Of a stretch of 64,000 nucleotides of DNA, positions 1 to 10,475 are shown one piece after another. Position numbers and translations under genes: made by a program. The notes under the pieces were generated by a model. The model was not told the DNA's origin, did no database searches, and worked only from the letters and a program-made list of their open reading frames with translations. The first letter of the stretch is position 1. Each line of letters opens with the position of its first letter. The DNA lies in contig NC_082709.1 in NCBI RefSeq assembly GCF_030144855.1, positions 140,306,001 to 140,370,000 on the forward strand, given 5' to 3'. This DNA is from Hypanus sabinus (taxonomy: Eukaryota).

Positions 1-990
1 GTTTCAGATGTTTTTCACGTTAAAAGACCTGAAGAAAGCTTCCAGCTTGGGCGGTTTTTGTGAAGGTGTTTAAATCCCTGTGGAGTTTTGTACAAATGAA
101 CTGCAAGGGCAGTTGAGTACAATATTGCCTAGAGTTTTTAGTGGAGCTGCTCGGGATGTTTCACACAAGTATTGGACCCATTCCCCTTAACAGCTTTAGT
201 CCCTTGATGTATTTGTTTTTGGCAATATTGTAAAGCACTGGGAATTTTACTTAACTTCATCATAACACACAAGTAACAGTATATGTTTTCCTGTAATGCA
301 GGCTGCAACCTATTTATCCTAACATTTATAAAGACGAGTGTTCCTACTTTTATAGTTAATCTGGATGCTTTTGAAAACATTCATGCATGCGTTCTTCATA
401 TTCATTAACATCATTGTCTCCTGTCCAACACTGATTCTTTATGCCCGTCTACAGTCCAAGGGATACAATTTCTTTGGGCTCTCACTGGATCAGTTCAAGG
501 TACGTTTAGATCGATATTTCATTCATCCTCCACCTTCAATAGAGGTGTTGGGAACTACCACCTGTGGCAGGACTCCGGTTGAAGCCAACCTCACCAAACA
601 CTAAGAAGCGTCTCTTGGCATGGGCCTTGTTCAAACAGGGCCTGGGAAAGGCAGGGGTACAGCATCTAGTTCGTCTTCAGACTCTGGTGCTAATTGTTCC
701 TTTTCAATCACTGAGGTGTTTATACTTCGCCTGTTCTTCCTGTGTTTTTCTCTTCTTTTACTTTTGCTCATTTTCTCTACTTTTTACAGGATTTATCTGA
801 CTTTTTGCATTTCAAGTCAACACAGATCACCCTACAATCTTCTCACAATTACTTTCTCTAAAACACACCCGCAGACACTCACACAGTCCATTCTGCCATA
901 CAATTATTAACAAGCTAATTGGTCTCTCGTCCATAATGTACAATCATGGCCACTAATGGAGTCCTTCAGAGGTCTCGGATAGGGAACTGA

Positions 991-996
991 CACAAA

Positions 997-1084
<88 letters not shown>
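991..1084. repeat. (CA)n microsatellite
   Basis: Near-pure CA run. Confidence 0.98.
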
Positions 1085-1085
<1 letters not shown>

Positions 1086-1109
1086 TCTTCTATGCTTATT
1101 TTTAAACAA

Positions 1110-1330
1110 TACTTTTCATACTATCAGAGGTAGGTTTATTACACAGCAAGAGGTAAATGTCTGCAATGCATTTCAGGGGGTGATGGTAAAGGCAGATACA
1201 TTAGGTACTCTTTCATGTCAGCTTGATAAACACATGGATGAAAGAAAAAAGAAGAGATTTTGGTTGTAGAGAATGGAATATTGTGGGCTGAATGGCCTGC
1301 ATTGTGTTCTGCTCTTCTATCTCCTATGCT
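1110..1330 (+). mobile_element. CR1 LINE 3' tail fragment
   Basis: Resembles the 3' ends of the longer CR1 copies (e.g. 19850-20110, gggctgaatggcct...). Confidence 0.6.
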
Positions 1331-1689
1331 CACTCTTTTCTGTTCTTTGCTGTCTCTCTACTGGTGTGTTTTCACATTAAATCTCTTTTGGAAAATCTAT
1401 TACTTCCAACAACTCCCAAATTTTGTTCCCGTAAAACTTTTTCATTGATCCTGCCAGAAAGTAGAAGGGAAACCACAGAATGAATAATCCATGTTCATCA
1501 TCAACTAGGAGGAACTATTCAAAGTTCTCAACACTGACTGAAGCCTTGACCTAAGTGCTCTGCAATTCCTACTGAAGATCTAGACTTCAGTAGAGCTGAA
1601 CTCCCCTGTCAACTGTCCAAAGAGAAAGACCTGCCAGAACACCACAGGGGTTTTGTATTTGTGACCGTGTTACAGACATTGGACATTAC

Positions 1690-2212
1690 TTCTCAAGTTG
1701 TCACACCTGCTGGGAAAATTCCCAAACCTCACCAACTCCCCATTTTCCATCACAGTAACAAAGCCTGGGGGTGAGCATCACATTTCCACAACTGGCTCAC
1801 CGGTCCATGCCTTTGTGCATAGGCTGGACTCAGAAAACCTGGCCAGCATGAAGGCTGAGTTTGCTGACATGGAAATGCTTGGCACTGTACACAAGTTGAA
1901 AAGTCCTTGGGCTTCACCTCGCCACCTGGTCCACATGGTCCATAAACTGTACATATGGCGGTCACCACCACCTTAATGAGACCAGCACCTCCAGGCATTA
2001 CACAAACCCACCGTCACTTTACAACATATTTAACCAGAAAGATATTTTTTTCTAAAGTAGACATAGTCACCAGCTGCCATCAAGTGCCTGTGTGTACTGG
2101 GACTGCTCTCAAAATTGCTGTTGGAACCCTGTTTGGCCTACTTTAGTTTCTGTGCATGCTGCTTCAGCTGAAAAATAGGGCACAGACATTTTACCGACTA
2201 ATGACTCTGTTG
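1690..2212 (+). mobile_element. Gypsy RT N-terminal fragment (copy 1)
   Basis: TKPGGEHHISTTGSPVH...SPWASP, IFFSKVDIVTSCHQVPV and LKNRAQTFYRLM are Gypsy RT motifs; frameshifted. Confidence 0.85.
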
Positions 2213-3320
2213 CTTGACCGAGACACCATCCCTGCACATCAAGTACGTGAACAGTGCATTAGTTCAGTATGCACCTTATGCCCAAATAATGGACCTGGTT
2301 GGGTCATAGTCAATGAAGTCTGCCTTGATTGTGCTCATCAGCCTACTGTCAGCGTATTTAAAACTAATGTCCTGGAGAATGGGTGCCAAAGTCACTTCAG
2401 GCCCTATGGGGGTAGTTCCTATATGACAGTGAATATTGTAGAGGTTGCCAAAGACAGTCTTTGGAGCGGTTGGCTCATTTGTAAGCAACCTCCCAGCGCA
2501 GAGTAACTGAATCACAAAAAGGTGAGAATCCTGAATGTTCTTCAAAGACAAGTTTATGCGGAGGAAGCACAGTGCATCACAAAGCGGGAACTTCTCCCAA
2601 TTCAAAGTTAGTGAACCCTTAGTGAACCTTGTTGACGCTGAAGAATTACTAGGAATTGGAGGATGTGTTAAAAGAGCACAATGTACTTCAAAGTTACCTC
2701 ACCAAGATTTATTCTGGATTAGCACTGTGTCACCGGTCTGCTCATCGGACATTACCGCGAACAGGTATTTCATCAAGGGTGATATTTTCGAAGTAAGTCT
2801 GGTTAAAGACTGTGTGGTGAGACTGTTTTCAAGTTTTGTCTCTTAGACTGTCCTTCTGTTGCCAAAGACATCATGGAACAACCATCTGCCTTTTAGTTTC
2901 AGTTGTTAAGCTGACATCGCTTGAATGCTAGGGCGGTACTGTATGTTTTGTATGAACATCACTTCCTGTATGTTATTTTTTTTTACCTTATGTTTTGCGT
3001 GGGTCAATTCTGATATTGCCTTGAATCATGAGGTGTAGAAAGATATCCATCTCCATCTGCTCTTTATTTGCCCCTGAACCAGCAATATCTGTGTCTTAAG
3101 ATTTCTTAATATTGTAAACATTTAGGAGATGTATTTTGAAGGAAGTATTACATTTATCATTGCACCACAGGCTCACTCTGATCTATATGGCCGAGTTATG
3201 GAATGTAGCATGAATGTATTACCTTGCTTAACATTGATCCGGAGAATAATTGATAGTTTTGGTATATTTAGGTGTAGTTTGATTTGGTATTGAACCTAAT
3301 ACGTATTTTACTTAAATTTA
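2213..3320 (+). mobile_element. BEL/Pao LTR retrotransposon fragment, internally deleted (copy 1)
   Basis: LDRDTIPAHQVREQ...GWVIVNEVCL...FKTNVLENG (post-protease region), then VLQRQVYAEE, VDAEELLGIGGCVKRA and HCVTGLLIGHYREQVFHQG (RNase H to integrase zinc finger). Confidence 0.75.
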
Positions 3321-4350
3321 AGTAGTTTCACAAGCTTATCACATTAAAAGACCTGTAGAATGCTTCCATCTCGGGTGATTTTTCAGAAGACATTCAACTA
3401 CCTGCCGAGCTTTGTACACATGAACTGCGGGGGCAGTTGTGTACAATATTGACCAGAGGTTCTAGTGGAGCAGCTCGGGATGTTTCTCTCTATTATTGGC
3501 CCCATTCCCCTGAACAACTTTAATCCCTTGATGTTGTCCTTGATTTAAGCAATATTGTAACGTTGGGAATTGTACTTAATTCTCTCGTCTCACACAGGAG
3601 ACAGTACATGTTTTCCTTTAATCTAAGCTACAACTTATTTATCCTAATATTTATTAATTTGGGCATCCCCACTTGTAGAGTTAATATAGATGCTTTTGTA
3701 AACATTCATGCATGCGTTCTTCATATTCATTAACATCATTGTCTCCTATCCAACACATATTTTTTTATGCCCATCTACAGTCCAAGGGAAACAATTTCTT
3801 TGTGCTCCCAGTGGATCAGTTCAAGGTACGTTTAGATCAATATTTCATTCATCCCCTCTGCACTCATCCACCTTCAGTAGTGCTGTTGGGAACCACCGCC
3901 TGTGGCAGGGCTCCGGATGTAACCAACCTCACCAAATACACTGAAAGCATCTCTTGCAATGGGCCTTGTTCAAACAGGGCCTGGGAAAGGCAGGGGTACA
4001 GCATCGAGTTCATCCTCAGACTCTGCTGCTAATTGTTTCTTTTCAATCACTGAGGTGTTTTATACTTCACCTGTTCTTCCTGTGTTTGTCTCTTCTTTTA
4101 CTTCTGCTCATTTTCTCTGCTTTTTACAGGATTTATCTGACTGTTTTTGCATTTCACATAAACACAGATCACTCTCCAGTCTTCTCACAGTGTCCATTCT
4201 CTAACACATGTCTGCAGACATTCCTCCATACACAGTCCATTCCTCCATACAATATAATTATTAATATGCTTATTGATCTCTCGTCCATAATTTACAATCA
4301 TGCCCATTACTGGAGTCCTTCAGAGTCTGGGACAGGAGACTGACGCTAAC

Positions 4351-4424
4351 ATTCACACACATGCACACACACAAATCACATTCACACACATGCACACACA
4401 CAAATCACATTCACACACATGCAC
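4351..4424. repeat. 29-bp CA-rich minisatellite (~2.5 units)
   Basis: attcacacacatgcacacacacaaatcac at 4351, 4380 and 4409 (partial). Confidence 0.9.
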
Positions 4425-4960
4425 TTCTCAAGTTGTCACACCTGCTGGGAAAATTCCCAAACCTCACCAGGCCCCCATTTTCCACCACAGTAACAAAGCC
4501 TGGGGGTGAGCATCACATTTCCACAACTGGCTCACCGGTCCATGCCTTTGTGCATAGGCTGGACTCAGAAAAGCTGGCCAGCACGAAGGCTGAGTTTGCT
4601 AACATGGAAATGCTTGGCATTGTACACAGGTCAGAAAGCCCTTGGGCTTCACCTAACCACATGGTCTCTAAGCCCATTCTTGGTTGCAGTCCATGTAGCA
4701 ATCACCACCACCTTAATCAGACCTCCGCCCCCCCCCCCCCCCCATCATTACCCAGTCCTACCAACACTTTTCAGCACGTTTAGCCAGAAAGATAATGTTT
4801 TCTAAAGTGGTCTTAGCCAGGAGCTAACTTCAAGTGCCTGTGTGCACTGGGGATATTCTCAAAACTGCTGCTAGAACCCTTTTTGGCCTATTTGAGTTTC
4901 TGTGCATGTTGTTTGAGCTGAAAGGCATAGCACAGACATTCCAGTGACAAATGGACTCTG
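4425..4960 (+). mobile_element. Gypsy RT N-terminal fragment (copy 2)
   Basis: TKPGGEHHISTTGSPVH...ANMEMLGIVHRSESPWASPNHMVSKP; paralogous to 1690-2212. Confidence 0.85.
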
Positions 4961-7900
4961 TTGCTTGACCGAGACAACATCCATACACTTAAGGTATTTG
5001 AACAGTGCATTAGTTCAGTATGCACCTTATGCACAAATATTGGTCCATGTTGGGTCATAGTGAATGAATTCTGCCTTGATGATGCTCATCATCATGCTCA
5101 TGATGTCAGTGTACTTAAGCCTAATGTCCCGTACAATGGGTGCCAAAGTCCCTTCATACTCTATGGGAGTTCTCCTTCTTCTGCTTTGTTGTCCATCGAA
5201 ACCCCATGATGACGTCCACTCCTTTAATGGTGAGATCTTTGATGACTGTACAGTCCTATCCTGGACCCACAAGCTCTATTGCAGGTGGGACATGTATATG
5301 TGGTAGTGGTGGTAGTGATGGCAACCGTGGCTGCATTTCTCCTGGCTCTCTTCTGCTGTCTTCTGGTTGTTCTTTCCACCTCCAGAATAGGAACCCTGTC
5401 CCTACATAACTGTCGCCAATTGATGCAGTCAGCAGCAACATCCTCCAGGTCTTCGGGTCAGATCTTGCACTTACTTAAAGCATTCTTCATCTGATCCTTA
5501 TAGAGCTTCTTCAGCCCTCCTGCTGAGCGTCGACCGTGATGTAGCTGTCCGTATAACACTCAGCGGGGCAGCCGACATGGGGGCATCCTTATCACGTGCC
5601 TCAGCCACTGCAACTGACGCTGGGTGATCACGGCCTCAATACTTCTGCAGTTGGCCTTTACAAGTATTTTCAGTGTGAGGCACCCACTCACGCCAGGTAA
5701 TTCCCAGGATGTGCTGAAGGCAGCTTATGTGGAAGCACTCCAAGGAGCGTAGGTTACCCTGGCTTCACAGCTATAAAGGAGGTCGGTGACACAGACTGCT
5801 TGGACCTTTGTGGAGGGACGAAGGCTCCTGTTCTGAAAGACTCTATGCCGAAGTCTCCCAAAGGCAGCTGATGCCTGTTTAATGTAGCTCTGGATGTCAA
5901 TGTCAATGCCGCTATCCTCAGAGAGAATGCTCCCCAGATATTTGAAAGATGGCACTAGTGACAGCTTTTCATCACTACAGTGAAGGCAGGTAGGGTGGGT
6001 GGGACACTAGCACTCCATTGGCAAACCACTTCTGTCTTGGTGGTATTGACGGTCAGCCCCATCCTGCTGTACGCTCTCGCTGCCACAGCAAGGACAGTCC
6101 AAAGATCCTCCGGAGTATGGGCCATAACAATACAGTCATCGTCATACTGCAGCTCCAAGACCCACTCCCTACAGAGTCTGGTGGTTGTGTGGAGCCTCCT
6201 GATGTCAAAGAGGTTGCCATCTAATCTGACGTCCACTGCCACACCGCTGCTGTCTTCAATCTCGTTGTGGAGAAGCTTGGTAACACACACAGGAGGAAGA
6301 TGTTAAAGAGCACTGGCGCTAGCACATGCCCCTGCCTCTCCCCTGTGCGTTCAAGGAAGGGCTCGGACTCTTGTCCTCCTATGATCACCTGAGCAGTCAT
6401 CCCATCATGTAACTGGCAGAGGATGTTAGCAAATTTATTGGGACAGCCAAACCTGAGGAGAACATCCCATAAGAGCTCTCATTGCACAGTGTTCAATGCT
6501 TTGGAGAGGTCGACAAAGTCCATAAACAGGTCCTGATATTGCCCCTGGCAATTCCTGAAGCTGCCATGCTGTGCAGATCATGTTAATCGTGCTCCTGTTC
6601 TTCCTAAATCCACACTGTGATTCAGGCAGCATTGACTCGACGATGTTGCTGATGAGCCTCTGGAGCATCACCTTAGCCAGGACCTTTCCAGCAAAAGGAA
6701 AGAGAGATATGCCCCGACTATTGCCGCAGATGGCATTGTCACCCTTGTTCTTATAAATGACAACAATGTTTGCATTTCTCCATTGCTGTGGGATGTTCTC
6801 ATCAGTCCAGGCCTTAGTGATGTACTGGTAGAGGGTGCACATACACATGTAGCCTCCGTTCTTCAGTAACTCGGCAGGGATATTGTCAGTGCCAGGTGAC
6901 TTACTGTTCTTAAGGGAATGGACCACTGATAGAACCTCCTGGAAGATTGGTGGTAGACTGAGGTCGAGGATAGAAGGAAGTTCAGGCAGTCCGTCCAGGA
7001 TGGTGGGGTCTGCGTCAGAATCCTGATTAAGCGGAGTGTTAAAATGCTCAGCCCACCTCAGCAGAATGGTATTCTGATTCTTCAGAAGTGTTAGACATCT
7101 GCTGTTTTCAGGAGATTAACGCATCGATTTATTGGGCCATAGATGGTTTTGACAGCAATGTAAAAATTATGCATGTCATTATTATCGGCAAAGGACTGGA
7201 TTTCATGTGCCTTTTCAGTCCACCACTCATTTTGTATGGCCCGTTTTGCCTTTTGCACTTTCCCCCAAGCTGCCTGCCAATGCTGCCTGATGCTGGTGGA
7301 TGAAAGGTTATCTAAAGTTGCACGGTGTACTTTCTGCATGTCCTTAAGCAAGTTGTGGATGGTATCTGAGTTATCGTCAAACCAGACTTGGTGGTTCCTG
7401 GCCTTATGGCCAATAGTTTGGGCTGCTGTCCCATAGAAACTACTATGGGAGTAGTTTCTATATGACAGTGAATATTGTAGGATTAGCCAAAGACAGCCTT
7501 TGGAGAGGCCGGCAAATTTGTAATCAACATTTCAGTGTAGAACAATGGAATTAGGAAAAGGTTAGAATCCTGCTTGATGTTCAAAGACAGTTAATGCAGA
7601 GTAAGTACAGTGCATCACAAAACGGAAACGTCTCCCAATCCAAAGTTACCTTAATGAACCCTGTCGACTCTGAAGAATTGCTATGGGTTGGATGTTGTAT
7701 TAAAAGAGCACAATTCACTTCAGGGTTACCTCACCCAAGCATCATTCTGGGTGAGCACTGCGTCACCAGTCTGCCCATCAGACATTACCACGAGCAAATA
7801 CATCAACAAAGGTGACATTTTTGAAGCAAGAATGGTTAAAGACTGTGTAGTAAGGCTATTTTCAAGTCCAGTCTTGGAGACTGTCCTTTTGCCAAAGAGG

Positions 7901-8367
7901 TAATGAAATAACCATCTGCTTTTTAGTTTCAGCAATTAGCGGGACATCCCATAGATGCCAGGGAGAAGCGTTTTTTTGGCTTCTAGAAGCAATGTTTGTT
8001 TTGTATGAACATCACTTACTGTAGGTAATCTGTTTTTTAACATATTTTCGTGGGTTAATTCTGATGTTGACTTGAAGCACGTGATGTAGAAAGATATCCA
8101 TCTCCAACCGCTCTTTATTTGCCCTTGATCAGCAATATCTGTGAGTCTTAAGCTTTCTTGACATTAGTAAACAGTTCAGAGATATATTTTGAAGGAAGTA
8201 TTACATTTATCATTTATTGCTATTAAACTATTGTTGCACCACGGGCTCACTCTGATCTACATGGCCTAGTTACGAAATGTTGCATGAGTGCTTTACCTTG
8301 CTTAACATTGATCATGAGAATAATTGATGGTCTTGAATCTAGTGTGTATTTTACTTCACTTTATGCA
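4961..8367 (+). mobile_element. BEL/Pao fragment (copy 2), split by an RTE insertion
   Basis: 4961-5170 and 7443-8367 align to 2213-3324; HPSIILGEHCVTSLPIRHYHEQIHQQ near 7730-7810. Confidence 0.75.
5171..7432 (-). mobile_element. RTE-clade LINE, 5'-truncated, with 10-bp TSD
   Basis: KSPGTDNIPAELLK, RGISLF, PESQCGFR and FKYLGSIL RT motifs; GAA-rich 3' tail; TSD CTATGGGAGT at 5161-5170 and 7443-7452. Confidence 0.93.
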
Positions 8368-9449
8368 GTTTCACAAGCTTTTCTCATTAAAAGACATGAA
8401 GAGAGCTTCCAGCTCATCCCCAGCACAGACTGGTGACAAGCAAAGCCACACCATTATCCCAATGCTTTACACAATTATTCTCAAAGTCGACAGGTTTCCT
8501 GCTGGAGTAGGGCTAATGAGCAGTGCAAACGGGTATAAAGTCCAAACTACACCATCTCCACTCCAAAACCAAGTGTACTATAGATACTGTTAACAAGACC
8601 CTGTATGCAGAAAATGTTACTGTATATGCACACTTGGAGGCCAAATTCCATCTCCTCCTACTCTAGTAAAAAGATATATCTCCTCCTCCTCTCTTTTTAC
8701 ATCAACACTTTAGAAGAACATCTGAAAACTGCGATATGCCTTGAGTCATTTGTAAAATGTCAGTCATAATCACTTCAGCCTCCTACTGTTAACCACTTGT
8801 GAAATCAGAATTTGGCGCTGGGGTGCTGTTCATCCTAGGCTGGCACTGAAATCATAATTAGCACAAGTATACTTTCCAGTCTGCAATGAGTTGATGGTGA
8901 TATTTATGGCCATTTGGGGGAACCTAAATCATGGAACTCCCCACCCTCAAAGCAAAAAGGTATTTCCACCATAAGGTTCACATGATTCAGAAGGCAGTTC
9001 ACCATTAACTTCTGACAGGCAATCAAGAGTAAGCAATAAATACTGATCTTGTCAGTCACATCTACATTCTGTAAATGAATAATGTATAAAAATTTCCTAT
9101 CCGATGACTGAACTTTATATTTCCCACTCAAAGACAGAAACCAGACAGGTACAAGATTAAGAGAGCATGAGAAGGTAGTCCGCGAAGGTCTCCCTCATGA
9201 CTTCCATGCTCAGAAATACTACCAAAGAACAAGTCAAGAATTATAACTGCAGCTCATCTGTTATTGGTCTGCCCGCTGCTATAGGCTGACCACACAAAAA
9301 TAATACAGAATTGTGAAACAATGAACAAACTGTTAGAGGAACTCTGGGTCAAACAACATCTGCATGGGGAAAGGAAAATTTCTGGTCAAAACCAGAAACA
9401 TGACCTGAGTTCTTCCAGCAGATTGCTACTCTATATTCCAGTATCTGAA

Positions 9450-9660
9450 GTCTCTTTTGTCTCCACACTGCTGCCAGAATTGTATGGGTCAGGCAGCCTC
9501 TGTGGATAGAAATAAATAGTGGATGCTTCAGGGTTGATTCCCTTCATCTGGTCCAGATAAAGACCTGAAATGTCACTGTTCATTTTACTCCACAGGTGCT
9601 GCCTGACCCAATCAGTTCCTCAACCCCTTGTTCTTTGCTTCATATTCCAGCATTTACAGT
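9450..9660. mobile_element. Penelope-derived foldback mini-element
   Basis: Inverted arms 9486-9506 and 9589-9609 (19/21 match) flank two opposed degenerate hammerhead-like motifs. Confidence 0.6.
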
Positions 9661-10194
9661 GATTTGTGTCTTTAGAATTGTGAAAACTCAGTCTAATTTC
9701 CAGAAGATCATTGAAATGCTGGTGGCAGATTGTGGATGATCATTGTTGTATGAACTATGCACACCAAGTGAGAGTTTCAATGGAGTGAAAGTATGGATGG
9801 ATATTTGTGGAGGGAAAATCTCTTAAAGTAATTGGATGAGGACTCTTAGAGTGTTCATGTTAATTAATATATTAATAGTGATTTGCTTGTAAATCAGTTG
9901 CAAAAATTATATGTACTTAAAGCAACAAATCAGGTGCATGACTCTTCACACATTTGATGAATAATTCACCTTGGGCATCCCTTTGCTGAAGTCAAGTAGA
10001 ACAATCATAGCACATGCAGTACACTCTGCGATATTCAGATAGACCTGCCTTTAAAGCTGCTAAGCAAAGCCACTTCAAATATAAATTAGAGCTTGCCGTG
10101 AGCAATCGAAAACAGAACTTGAGGCTAAAACTCAAAGAAAGTGAAATCAAATAAAATATAATTAATATTTTCTGTACTCTTTTCTTTACCAAAT

Positions 10195-10475
10195 GGACCA
10201 CATACGATACTCAAGGGAAGTCCTTCCCAAGTTGAGAATCCTTTTTGCAAGGGGATATGTAACCCTTGGTTTTGGAACTTGATCATGACCTTGGAGAGGT
10301 GGTTGTGCTGAACTCCAAGCTTCAGCCTGTTGTGTGTGTTCCGGTTGTCCAGCTGATCCAGAGAACTCACATCTGCTCTTGACCTGTTGTAACAGGAGGC
10401 AAACTGAAGTGGATCCAGGCAACACTGAGGCAGGAGTTGAATCGTGCTGCAACCAGCCCCTTGAAGCATTAATTA
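10195..10475 (-). mobile_element. Rex1/Babar LINE RT fragment (left half, interrupted by LTR element)
   Basis: CLDPLQFASCYNRSRAD...LDQLDNRNTH resembles Rex1 RT LDPLQFAYR.NRS; continues at 15876. Confidence 0.8.

Larger units (their letters stand above)
1..8420. repeat. Tandem array of a ~2.75-kb chimeric TE-derived unit (partial, complete and truncated copies)
   Basis: Position 1 aligns with 3325 and 8368. Segments 1690-2212 ~ 4425-4960, 2213-3324 ~ 4961-5170 plus 7443-8367, and 1-990 ~ 3325-4350. Confidence 0.9.

Noticed and set aside
1569-1593. 9-bp stem hairpin CTACTGAAG/CTTCAGTAG
   Set aside because: Isolated, and a few such stems are expected by chance in 64 kb.
2276-2605. Minus-strand ORF (…TTPIGPEV…ADFIDYD…) that looked like a retroviral/Gypsy RT, suggesting a Gmr1-like integrase-before-RT order
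   Set aside because: The + strand gives much clearer BEL/Pao motifs in both copies. The minus reading has no YxDD and is an antisense shadow.
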